Below are positions 1 through 11,859 of a stretch of DNA of 64,000 bases, one piece after another. How positions within the stretch are numbered: position 1 is the first letter of the stretch; every line of letters starts with the position of its first letter. The notes under the pieces are model-generated. The model saw nothing but the letters and a program-made list of their open reading frames with translations. It ran no database searches and was not told where the DNA came from. A program made the translations under genes and the position numbers. This DNA comes from Eledone cirrhosa (Eukaryota), in NCBI GenBank assembly GCA_964016885.1, contig OZ024748.1, forward strand, positions 45,818,001 through 45,882,000. The letters are read 5' to 3'.

Positions 1-27
1 AGAAACCATTATTTTATTTGGAAAGGA

Positions 28-215
28 CGGTGAATTGGCAGTATCGGTAGAGGGTCTGACGCCATGCTTTGCAGCAAAGCGTTACAGCTCTTTATGGTCT
101 GAGTTCAAAACCCGCCGAGGTTAACTTTGCCTTTCATCCTTACGGGGTCGATAAAATAAAGTACCAGTAATACACTGGAATAATTGCTGGCCTTGAGCCA
201 AAAGTAGAAACGATT
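28..215 (+). mobile_element. tRNA-derived SINE (dominant family in the window)
   Basis: A-box-like TGGCAGTATCGG, B-box GAGTTCAAA, conserved body GCCTTTCATCCTTACGGGGTCGATAAAATAAAGTACCAGT, 3' end GGCCTTG.GCCAAAAGTAGAAAC + ATT tail; many copies in the window. Confidence 0.85.
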
Positions 216-1685
216 ATTTTATTTGGAAATATAAGTAATGGATTTTTACCGTAATATGTGTAAAAAACAACAAAGGATGCTCTAAAACCTGCAAAAGAAA
301 ATAAAATAAAAATATAAAAGATTGAAAACGAACAAGTTTTTTCCGTGCTTAGAGAAGAAGACATTTTAAATGGTCGGTAGGGTGCGTACAATTTGAGATA
401 GCAGCAGAGGTTGTTCTAACATCGCATGACTAATCCAAACCACTGCACCAAATTCGTGTCAAAAAATAAACCACTTGCTTCCATCCTATTACACAACACT
501 AGATATAAAAAAAAGAAAGCCCGGTTATAAACAGAGACGGCGTGGTCACACCTAGTTTCCTTTATAACGTTTGTAAAATCTATCAATGTTGTATTGTACT
601 TTGGGCGTTGATTTCTGGTTTAAGGTCACTTCAATGTATTAATGAACAATACATGTTGTTCGTTCTATAATATACTACTACACATTAAAGAGCATTGTTA
701 TCACGACTGAACCACATTGAATTGACTAATACTAGATAATAAAAATGAATCAAAATATAGTCTTCATGTTTGCTGTGCTTACGATTGTAAATTCACGAGT
801 TCTATTGTAGGACCAGGAGGCAGTTTGTGTCTTTATTTTCCGTTGTTCCAGTCCACTCATCTGGCAAAACAATGAGTTGTACCTATAATTCAAGGGGCCA
901 GTTCTGTCCCATATTGTGTTACTCTGAATTGCTCAACAAGTTCTTTGTCCCTCTGATTTGGAAAAAAATGTCTTTCGTCGGCGGTCTTCAATTTTTATGT
1001 AACTTGTGTGCAGCGAAACAATTCTTCAAAGATTCTCATCTGAATCATCATTGCAGTAAATTTATATTGGAGATTTTACTGAAGATGAATGAAAAAATAA
1101 TTTCATACTAAGAATGATAGGGGAAGGCGCAGGGAGCGGTAAATTCTGCACCCCTGTCTAAGTGGTGCATCTCAACTGCATCCAGCGAACAAGATATGGA
1201 AAGCATTGCCGTGAAGAACAGACAGCGGGACTCACTGTGTCAGTCACTCCCACCTCTCAGGTTCCTTCCTTGGCTGAGGTGCAGTCCTCTCGATTTTGCG
1301 GAGGAAAATAGCAGTTCAAGAACCGAGGACACTAAAGGCCACGTCCGTGACAGACAGGAAAATCTAACGGTCTGTCAGATCCATCTATCTAACTATAGAA
1401 AATATTGTGAGTTTTTGTCATATCTGATGCTAGGGTTTACAACCTTCTCCAGAAAAAATAGAATTGTATATCTTTCAGTTCTTTCTTACAAGGAGTAAAT
1501 CTTCAGTATTTTAAATCACTCTCAATAATCTTGGTCTTCAAGGGGATAAATTTTAGGCGGTATTACACGAGTACTAATCCACCGAGATTCGAACCTGCGA
1601 ATAATCGGATTGAATTGTGGATAATTTGCTAATTCAGTTAATTCTGACATAATAATTGAAGACATTCACATAATCAAAATATATG

Positions 1686-1747
1686 TTTTATTATATATAT
1701 TTCGAAGGTACTGTGCTGTTTTTTCAGTACGTCCTCGTCAGATAAAA
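1686..1747 (-). ncRNA. Type I hammerhead ribozyme (minimal, palindromic stem III)
   Basis: TTTTAT-CTGACGA-GGAC GTACTG..CAGTAC CTTC-GAAA-TATATA-TA-ATAAAA on the minus strand. Confidence 0.8.
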
Positions 1748-2190
1748 TACATGAATTGATGTATGACATACCTCAACGGTCTTGATAGTTCAATTCCAGT
1801 ATTAGTAGTTATTTATTACAACAAATCTCAACATTTATATACCACAAATAATAACATGATAAACTTAAAGTTAAAGAAGAAGAGGGTGTGGAGCGAGATA
1901 TAGGTATATGAAGGGGGTGAATATGAGGAAATGCAAGAAGAAAATAAATAAATACATACATACATAAATATTTAAATGTGTAAACAGAAGTATTAGGGAA
2001 GAAATATATAAAAGGAAAAAGGAAGAGAGAGAGAAGAGAGAAGAAGAAAAAATAAATAACCACAAAAAAGAAAGAAAGAAATGAGGTGAGTAGGTATAAA
2101 GACCGTTGTTTTCAAATATTAAGTCAAATTGAGGCAACCAATTAAATAACATGAAATGTTTAATATCTTTTGTATACATCAATTCATGTA

Positions 2191-2254
2191 TTTTATCTGA
2201 CGAGGACGTACTGAAAAAACAGCACAGTACCTTCGAAATATATATATAATAAAA
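2191..2254 (+). ncRNA. Type I hammerhead ribozyme
   Basis: ttttat CTGACGA stem II (gtactg/cagtac) GAAA tatatata TA ataaaa. Confidence 0.8.
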
Positions 2255-2394
2255 CATATATTTTTATTACGTGAATTTCTTCATTTTTTATTATTCTGAA
2301 TAATTATAACTCCAGAAAATTTTCTTCTAGAGTGCTTTTAATCTATTGTAAAACTATATTCATTGAGCAATCCATGAACCATATTAATCTTTGG

Positions 2395-2428
<34 letters not shown>

Positions 2429-2444
2429 TCACACATACACACAA

Positions 2445-2518
<74 letters not shown>

Positions 2519-2521
<3 letters not shown>

Positions 2522-2920
2522 AAAGTTTTATTTAAAATTGTTGGGTTACAACGAGTAAATATTTTATAACTGATATAAAGCACTCAACAAGTTTTGGAGT
2601 AGATATACGATATTAAACAAATGGAAACTATATTTATAAAACCATATTTATTTCATTATACATATTTCAGGGATACCATATTAAAAATATGGCATGCCTT
2701 CTTCAGATAAAATACAATATATAAGCAGTTTTATAAATAAATTTGACGTACCATAAAATATTGATCAACTTCCATTTAAAAAAGTTTTAACAAACCAACT
2801 TTTTTAAATGGAAGTTGATCAATATTTCATGGTATGCCATATTTTTAATTTGGTATCCCGGAAATATGTATAATGAAATAAATATGGTTTTATAAATATA
2901 GTTTCCATTTGTTTAATATC

Positions 2921-2923
<3 letters not shown>
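2519..2923 (-). mobile_element. Fold-back pLTR element in (TA)n with HHR at 2651-2713 (-)
   Basis: Arms 2606-2697 and 2831-2922 are inverted; minus strand reads ttttat CTGAAGA..stem II..GAAA tatgta TA atgaaa; relatives at 8225-8395 (core mutated to GTGATGA) and 37968-38210. Confidence 0.75.
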
Positions 2924-2958
<35 letters not shown>

Positions 2959-3415
2959 AGAGAGAAAGAGAGTGAGATAGAGTGATAGAGGGAGAGACTT
3001 AGATAAATAGAAACGGGACTGTTCCATCTGCAAGAAACAAAATTGCGTTATGTGAGAATACATCCCTGCATGAATTTGAAACTAATTGAACAGAGTCCAC
3101 TTGATGAGATCTTCGGAATAATTGACGTAACAATTATATGTTTATTAGCTGGTCAAGTAATGCTAAATTAGACTTACAAACATTTCAATGTCCTTTCTTT
3201 CTTTACACCCTAATAGCGATAAGGATTCAAATTACAGTCTCCTCCTTGAAAGGGAGTTTAATGGCGTCATTTGATCCCTTTTAATTATGTAACATGCCAA
3301 ACAAACATTTATTCTGAATAACTTTCACAGCTTATAAAGGAAAGAAGCCGATCGTCAGATAACTTTTCCATTGGTCTTTCCATTTCTGGTGCTACACTAT
3401 CTGAAAATTTGACGA

Positions 3416-3682
3416 GATCTAGACCAAATCTACCAGATCTAGATCAGATCTAGGCTAGATCTAGACCAGACCTAGACCAGATCTAGACCAGACCTAGACT
3501 GATCTAGACTAGATCTAGACCAGATCTAGACCAAATCTAGACCAGATCAGGACAAGACCGTGACCAGATCTAGACTAGACCTAGACTGATCTAGACCAGA
3601 TTTAGACCAGATTTAGACCAGATTTAGACAAGATCTAGACTTGATCTAAACCAGATCTAGATAAAATCTAGACCAGATCTAC
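3416..3682. repeat. 11-bp tandem repeat (CTAGACCAGAT)n, ~24 units
   Basis: Directly visible repeated AGATCTAGACC. Confidence 0.9.
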
Positions 3683-4074
3683 ACCAGGTATGCATCTATT
3701 ATAAAACAAAAACATAGATCAGCTTTGTTTAGTTTCCCTTGGGACTAAACAACATCAACATCTAGACTAAACAACATCAACAACTTGAGCAACAACCATG
3801 TTCTCACGGCATTGATATCAAAGACACGAAAAAATCAAAAAGTAAAATAGAACAAAAATAAATAAATCAAAATAAAAAAAGATGATTAACAGATCGTTTA
3901 ACTGATGATTCAGTTGTTTTTTTTTTTGTTTTTTTTCAGTGCTCTGGTCACAACTCCAGACAGAAGAGAGTAGGATTTGAGCTAAGAATGCTCACTTTCA
4001 AAAAAGGGAAATTGATTTTACTCAAATCCGATCGAGTTAGATGTGAAATGGTTATAAAAAAAAACAAAAAAAAC

Positions 4075-4622
4075 TGGTACTTTATTTTACCGACCCTGAA
4101 AGGATGAAAGACAAAGTTAACCTCGGTGCGATTTGAACTCAGAACATATATAATATAATTGTTTCTAGTTTTGGCACAAGACCAGCAATTATCTCAGTGT
4201 ATTACTGGTACTTTATTTTATCGACCCCGTAAGGATGAAAGGCAAAGTTAACCTCGGCGGGATATAATATGATAATGGTTTCTTATATACGCCAGCAATT
4301 TTGTGGGAGGGGAAAGTTGATTAAATCGATCCAGTGCGTGACTGGTACTTTATTTTATCGACTCCGTAAGGAGTACAGACAAAGCTAACCTCGGTGGGAT
4401 TTGAACCCAGAACATATATAATATAGTATAATATAATTGTTTCTACATTCGGCACAAGGCCGGCAATTACTCCGTACATTACTGGTACTTTATTTTATCG
4501 ACCCCGTAAGGATGAAAGGCAAAGTCAACATCGGCGGGATTTGAACTCAGATCGTAAAGGGACGTAACTATGCTGGAAAGCATGGCGTCCGACCCTCCAC
4601 CGATACTGCCAATCCACCGCCC
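4075..4622 (-). mobile_element. Tandem cluster of ~4 tRNA-derived SINE copies
   Basis: Repeated ACTGGTACTTTATTTTATCGACCCCGTAAGGATGAAAGGCAAAG; last copy complete to its 5' end (GGCGGTGGATTGGCAG on minus). Confidence 0.85.
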
Positions 4623-4744
4623 GTGTATATAATATAATATAATGTAATAATAAGGACGTAAATGAATTAGTAATAGTTATAATTGGAAAAAAAAAGAAAG
4701 AACAAATAATATAATAATAATATTAGTAAACAAATAGTAATGCC

Positions 4745-6395
4745 AAAGCCACAACAAAACCAACAACTCCACAACAACACCAACACCACCACCACCACCC
4801 CCACAACCACCACCACAACCACCACCAACACCACCACAACAACAACACCAACAACACCACCACCACCACCACAACAACACCACCAACAACACCAACACAA
4901 CAACAGCAACACCAACACAAGAACAACACCACAACACCACTAACAACAACACCAAGAACAACACCACCACAACAACAACACCACCAACAACAACATGGCT
5001 GTGCTACAATAGCAGAATTAATACAGAAGACGCCAGAACCTTCTCCAATGTAAAGAGGAATGTTAGAAACGCATTTTACCAAAATTAATTGATTTTTCTG
5101 TCGGTAGGCATTCTCATTGTACTGAGAAGTCTTGGAATGAAAAACCTTACTGCGTTTTAATAACTTTATAGTTGTTGTTGGTGGTGGAGGTGTTGGTGGT
5201 GGTGTTGGTGGTGGAGGTGTTGGTGGTGGTGGTGGTGTTGGTGGTGGTGTTGTTGGTGTTGGTGGTGTTGTTGATGGTGGAAGTGTTGGTGGTGGTGTTG
5301 TTGGTGGTGGTGTTGTTGGTGGCGGTGTTGGTGGTGTTGGTGTTGTTGTTGTTGGTGGTGTTGGTGTTGGTGGTGGTGTTGGTGGTGGTGGTGTTGTTGT
5401 TGTTGTTGGTGGCGATGTTGGTGGAGGTGTTGGTGGTGGTGTTATTGGTGGCGGTGTTGGTGGTGGTCGTGTTGTTGTTGTTGGTGGTGGCGGTGTTGGT
5501 GGTGGTGTTATTGGTGGCGGTGTTGGTGGTGGTGTTGGTGGTGGTGGTGTTGTTGATGGTGGAAGTGTTGGTGGTGGTGTTGGTGGCGGTGTTGGTGGTG
5601 GTGGTGTTGTTGTTGTTGTGGTCGTGGTGTTGGCGGTGGTGTTGGTGGTGGTGGTGTTGGTGGCGGTGTTGGTGGTGGTGGTGTTGTTGATGGTGGAAGT
5701 GCTGGTGGTGGTGTTGTTGGTGGCCGTGTTGGTGGTGTTGGTGTTGTTGATGGTGGAAGTGTTGGTGGTGGTGTTGTTGGTGGCGGTGTTGGTGGTGTTG
5801 TTGATGGTGGAAGTGTTGGTGGTGGTGTTGTTGGTGGCGGTGTTGGTGGTGGTGTTGTTGTTGTGGTGGTGGTGTTGGTGTTGTTGTTGTTGGTGGTATT
5901 GTTGTTGTTGTTGGTGTTGTTGTTGGTGATGTTGGTGGTGTTGTTGTTGTTGGTGGTGGTGGTGTAGTGGTGGTGTTGTTGTAGGTGGTGGTGGTGGTGG
6001 TGTTGTTTTTGTTGGTCTTGGTGTTGTTGTTGGTGGTGGTATTGTTGTTGTTGTTGGTGTTGTTGTTGGTGGTGTTGGTGTAGTGGTGGTGATGTTGGTG
6101 GTGGTGTTGTTGTTGGTGTTGGTGTAGGTGGTGTTGTTGGTGGTGGTGATGTTGGTGGTGGTGGTGTTGTTGTTGGTGGTGCTGGTGTAGGTGGTGGTGT
6201 AGGTGGTGTTATTGTTGGTGGTGTTGGTGTGGTGGTAGTGATGTTGGTGGTGGTGTTGTTGGTGGTGGTGGTGTAGGTGGTGGTGGTGGTGGTGGTGTTG
6301 TTGGTGGTGTTGTTGTTGTTGGTGGTGGTGTAGGTTGTGTTGCTGGTGGTGTTGGTGGTGGTGGTGTTGTTGCTGGTGTTGGTATTGGTAGTGTT
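4745..6395. repeat. (ACC/AAC)n tract 4745-4995 and (GGT/GTT)n tract 5170-6395
   Basis: Imperfect trinucleotide repeats; source of the poly-V/L/W/C ORFs. Confidence 0.9.
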
Positions 6396-6411
6396 ATTTG
6401 AATTAATAAAG

Positions 6412-7295
6412 TTTTCTTATATAGGCACAAGACCATCAATCTTGCGGGAGGGGAAAATCGATTAAATCAACCCAAGTGCGTGATTGGAACATTATTTTAT
6501 CGACCCCGTAAGGATGAAAGCCAAAGTTAACCTCGGTGAGATTTGAACTCAGAACGTAAAGGTCCGTAACACTATGCCGCTAAACATAATGTCCGACGCT
6601 CTACCGATGCTGCCAGCCCACCACCGTTCGATGTCGGAAGGATGAAAGACAAAGTTAACCTGGCGGCATTTGAACTCAGAACGCAAAGGGATGTAACTCT
6701 ATGCTGCAAAGCAAGGCATCTGATGCTCTACCGATACTGCCAAATAATTGTTTCAACTTTTGGCACAAGGCCAGCAATTAAATCAGTGTATTACTGGTAC
6801 ATTATTTTATCGACCCCGTAAGGACGATAGGCAAAGTTTCACCTCGGCGGGATTTGAACTCATAACATAAAGGGACGTAACTCTATGCTGCGAACAGGGT
6901 GTCCGACGGTCTACCGATTCTGCCAGTCCAATAATAATAATTGTTTCTACTTTTGGCACAAGGCCAGCAATAACCCAGTGTATTACTGATACCTACTTTA
7001 TTTTATCGACCCCGTAAGGATGAAAGGCAAAGTTAACCTCGGCGGGATTTGAACTCAGAATGGCAAGGGCCGTAACTCTTGCCATTCTGAGTTCAAATCC
7101 CGCCGAGGTTGACTTTGCCTTTCATCCTTACGGCGTCGATAAAATAAAGTACCAGTAATACACTGGGTTATTGCTGGCCTTGTGCCTAAAGTAGAAACAA
7201 ATGATTTCTGATTTAGGCACCCAGCCAACAATTTTTGGGAAGAGGTAAGTCGATTAAATCGAGGCCCAGTGCATTCCTGGTACTTTATTTTGTCG
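6412..7295. mobile_element. SINE cluster including a head-to-head fold-back pair (6941-7200)
   Basis: Several minus-strand copies, then an inverted plus copy folding at GGCAAG-ggccgtaact-CTTGCC (7062-7083). Confidence 0.85.
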
Positions 7296-7319
7296 ACCCC
7301 TCAACATACACCCTCCCCT

Positions 7320-7835
7320 CACCCCCGCCACCACACTCACCCTCCAGCATCTGGGCCACTACAACGTCGACAAACATGGCCTCAATCAACGCCACAGCAA
7401 ACAACGTGACCAACACCACCAACACCACAAGCGTCATCAGCACTCCCGCCACCACAACAATCATCATCACCACAAAGATCACCACCACCACCATCACCAC
7501 CACCACCACCACCACCTCACTAGCACCAGCGCTGGCAATTCCACAACCTACACTACTACCATCACCAACTTAGCCCCCCCCCCCCCCCCACACACACCAC
7601 CATCACCAGTACCACCACCACCACCACCACCACCACCACCACCACCACCATCCCACTAATACCAGCAGTAGCATTTTCATAACCGACACCACCACCACCA
7701 TCACCACCAAACCCACCAAAAACCATCTATCACGACAATCAACTCCACCACCATCACCACCACTACCACCACCACCACCACCACCACCACCATCACCACC
7801 ACCACCAACACCACCACCATCACCACCACCACCAT
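7320..7835. repeat. (ACC)n-rich low-complexity tract
   Basis: Directly visible. Confidence 0.85.
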
Positions 7836-7977
7836 ATATATTATAGTATATTCATGTCACGTCATGACGTGGCTTCCTCCGGTTAAAGATAATCTGCAAC
7901 ACAATATGCATACATATATATATATACATACATACATACATACATACACACAAACACATACACACACACACACTTGT

Positions 7978-8014
<37 letters not shown>

Positions 8015-8019
<5 letters not shown>

Positions 8020-8204
8020 TTGTGTCTATATTGTATCTGTATTATTTTTGACCGTCGTTCAGTCAATGGCAACATTGAGGACCGAATAAATTAAATTAAC
8101 TGATATAAAAGACACAGAAGCGAAAAGCGAAAACCAACCAAACAGTGAGTGTGTTCTGTTATTAATTCTGGCAATATTACACAAATATGACCCTCCCCAA
8201 GTAT

Positions 8205-8212
<8 letters not shown>
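8015..8212 (+). mobile_element. Solo pLTR fragment of the PLE at 8471-10112
   Basis: Reverse complement of 8471-8660; ends ATGACCCTCCCCAAGTATAACAAT in (TA)n. Confidence 0.75.
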
Positions 8213-8246
<34 letters not shown>

Positions 8247-8470
8247 GATATTAACAAATGGAAACTATATTTATAAAACCATATCTATTTTATTATACAT
8301 ATTTCAAGGATACCATGTTAAATTATGGTATGCTTTCATCACACAAAATACAATATATACCAGTTTTATAAATATATATTGACATACTCTTTCAAAATGC
8401 AACCGTTACTTTTGGAAGACATCAGGGATAGTGAATTTGTTTATCTTAGTAAGTCGTTATATATATATAT

Positions 8471-10110
8471 ATTGTTATACTTGGGGAGGGTCATATTTGT
8501 GTAATATTGCCAGAATTAATAACACTTACTATTTGGTTGGTTTTCGCTTTTCGCTTCTGTGTCTTTTATATCGGTAATATAATTTATTCGGTCCTCAATG
8601 TTGCCATTGACTGACCAACGGTCAAAAATAATGCAGATACAATATAGACACAAACACATATATATAGTTTATCAAAGTTCTTTCGTTGCACATCTGCAAC
8701 ATCGTCAGTGGTGCTATAGATTCCTCCCGTTGCTTTGTATTTCTACGCCATCTTTATTTAGTCTGTTTATATATTTATTTAATTATTTCTTTGTTTGTTT
8801 ATTTTATTTTATTTTGTTTTCTTTGCGCATGCGTTTGCGTGTGTGTATAGTGCTTTGTTTGATGTGTGTTCGTGATTGGGTGACTGTGCATTGGTTAATG
8901 TATTCTATCTTTACTAGTGTGTGTTTATATGTGTTTGTTGTTATTGTGCTTGTGTATGTATTTATTTATTTATTTATTTATCTATTTATTTATTTATTTA
9001 TTTATACTTCTCTTAGGTCAGTGTTGTTTGTTTGGGTGTTGTTGTTATTCCATTCATTCTTTCTGTTTAGTCTTGGCCTTCTAAGTTCTATTTCATTGGC
9101 CTCTCTGATTTGCCTATCTGCTGGGTCATTTCTATGTTTAGATATTATTCTAATTTCTATGTTGTCTACGTTACCGTCGTGTGGTTGTTTGGCATGTTCG
9201 TATAGTACTAACCCGTTTTTTCGTCCTGTTAGTTCCCCCCAGTGTTGGTCTATCCTTTCACCTATGCTACGAGCTGTCTCGCCTATGTATGTTGTTGTCA
9301 TGTTTCTGCAAGTACCCTCTGTACATCTTATGCTATAGACTACGTTTCTAGTTTTACAGTTTATCCGGGGGTTTACCTTACATATGATACATTTCCTGTG
9401 GGTTTTCTTAAAAGGGTAGGTTTTGCTGATCAGGGATTTTATGGTGGTTCCTGGCTTTTCTACCACCTTTATTTTTAAGTGGGTCTTTCTCAAGGCCTTT
9501 CAACACTGGTTAGCTAATTTCCCTCCAGGGGTAGCATCCACAAACATGACACTCTGGTATCTCTGGTTGTCGGACCATGAGGTGGCTTTCCCTATCTTAT
9601 GTCTAGCCCTATCTAAGCTATTCCAGGATTTGCTCCTGTATAATGGGCAAATTCCTTTCATGTCCAGTTCTATGAGGGTCTTATACTTCTCCATGGCTCC
9701 TTCGTATACTCTGACTCTGTCTCTTTGGTTGTAGCCAGAGAACTGCATGCGGTTGATGAAGTGTTGGATGTGTCTTTCCATTTCTGTTGGGTCGCACATG
9801 CGGGACACATTCTTCGTCACTCGTACCAAATCTGCGATCAGAATATTAAACTTAGCACTTCTGGACATTGCTGAGTTTTTGAGTATCAGGTATTTGGAGG
9901 CCATGGGTTTAGCATAGTGTGAGTGGAGATTTGGGATCTCTCGTCTATAGTGTTAATCCAGAGTTCCATGTCTAATACAGGTAGTCTATTGTTAGGGTGT
10001 TCTGTTATTAATTCTGGCAATATTACACAAATATGACCCTCCCCAAGTATAACAATATTTGTTTCGACACACGATTTCATATAAAAAACCTCGCAAAACT
10101 AATTCATCGC

Positions 10111-10112
<2 letters not shown>
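8471..10112 (-). mobile_element. 5'-truncated Penelope-like retroelement with 3' pLTR/HHR and inverted 5' pLTR plus tail
   Basis: Broken RT-thumb ORFs (9500-9997) and GIY-YIG ORF 9002-9493 (VVY..C..YIGET.R...R...H); HHR at 8671-8712 (-): CTGACGA t gttgca/tgcaac GAAA; inverted pLTR end at 9997-10112. Confidence 0.85.
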
Positions 10113-10483
<371 letters not shown>

Positions 10484-11015
10484 ACCAGGAATGCACTGGG
10501 GATCGATTTAATCGACTTTCCTCTTCCCAAAAATTGTTGGCTGGGTGCCTAAATCAGAAATCATTATTATTATTGGACTGGCAGAATCGGTAGACCGTCG
10601 GACACCCTGCTTCGCAGCATAGTGTTACGTCCCTTTATGTTCTGAGTTCAAATCCCGCCGAGGTTACCTTTGCCTATCTTCCTTACGGGGTCGATAAAAT
10701 AATTGTTTCTACTTTAGGCACAAGGCCAGCAATTACCCAGTGCATTACTGGTACTTTATTTTATCGACCCCGTAAGGATGAAAGGCAAAGTCAACCTCGG
10801 CGGGATTTGAACTCAGATCGTAAAGGGACGTAACTATGCTGGAAAGCATGGCGTCCGACCCTCTACCGATACTGCCAATCCACCGCCCCGGGGTCGATAA
10901 AATAATGTACCAGTAATACACTGGAATAATTGGTGGCCTTGTGCCAAAAGTAGAAACAATTATTTGGCAGTATCGGTAGAGCGTCAGACGCCTTGCTTTG
11001 CAGCATAGAGTTACA

Positions 11016-11020
<5 letters not shown>
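10484..11020. mobile_element. SINE cluster with mixed orientations and truncated inverted junctions
   Basis: Same SINE body; head of a minus copy abuts a 5'-truncated plus copy at ~10888. Confidence 0.8.
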
Positions 11021-11055
<35 letters not shown>

Positions 11056-11056
<1 letters not shown>

Positions 11057-11710
11057 TATATTTAGAGTTATAAACTCAAATAGTCTTTTACAATTAAATA
11101 GCTCAAAGAAAGGAATATTTCTGAGCCGTGTAATACAAATGAATATCTGATAGGGATAAACACTGATACGAGTATACATGTGTTTGCATTGCAAATGACC
11201 AAGTTAGCTAGATTGAAAAATACTAATTAAAATAATACGGTTTGCCTGTCTCGATTTAAAATAATAAATCAATAAAAACAAACCCATATTGGCAATAGCC
11301 GTGATACCTGGACAAATTTAAATTTTAAATTTTAAATTTGTTTCACACCAATTAAGTGAAATTTCCTATTCCTGTGCTCTTCTGCAGGTATCCAGAAATT
11401 GGTAAGTTTCACGTCAAAATACTTAGGAAGACTGAGATAAATGTGTTGTTGAACGCACATGTATCCACCGTCTAACACGTCCTATACTCGTGCCGCTAAA
11501 AATAGCAGCCGGTTTTATAGGACTAAATATTAGCTCAACGCATGGAGCCGAGAATATTATATATAGAGTTATAAACTCAAATAGTCTTTTACAATTAAAT
11601 AGCTCAACCGTATTATTTTAATTAGTATTTTTCAATCTAGCTAACTTGGTCATTTGCAATGCAAACACTTGTATACTTGTATCAATGTTTATCCCTATCA
11701 TATATTCATT

Positions 11711-11714
<4 letters not shown>
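11056..11714 (-). mobile_element. ORF-less ~500-nt retrozyme-like unit with HHR (11303-11392), partial tandem repeat and inverted arm
   Basis: Direct repeat 11063-11106 / 11564-11607; inverted arm 11607-11714; HHR gatacctg-CAGAAGA..GAAA-long stem III-GTC-caggtatc. Confidence 0.75.
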
Positions 11715-11768
<54 letters not shown>

Positions 11769-11859
11769 GAAATTTATAAAAAATTGAAGTGAAAACCAAC
11801 AGGTGCGCATGTGTCATTATTGGCACCGTGACCCTCTTAAAGTATAACAATATTTATGT

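Larger units (their letters stand above)
1650..2396. mobile_element. Inverted pair of PLE pseudo-LTR (pLTR) arms, each with a hammerhead motif; right arm has a 3' tail
   Basis: 1666-1765 is the reverse complement of 2173-2275; ends in (TA)n; a degenerate third copy is at 58560-58700. Confidence 0.7.

Noticed and set aside
28-115. tRNA genes at A/B-box motifs
   Set aside because: No cloverleaf; each continues into the SINE body
5172-5929. Poly-V/L 'membrane protein' ORFs
   Set aside because: Stop-free (GGT/GTT)n repeat with no domain or splice support
8598-9338. 246-aa hydrophobic ORF on +
   Set aside because: Antisense shadow of the PLE GIY-YIG region and its T-rich UTR
9500-9502. In-frame TGA codons in PLE ORFs (also ~40742) as selenocysteine, as in Naiad elements
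   Set aside because: They are not at conserved Cys positions and the copies carry other lesions; no SECIS identified
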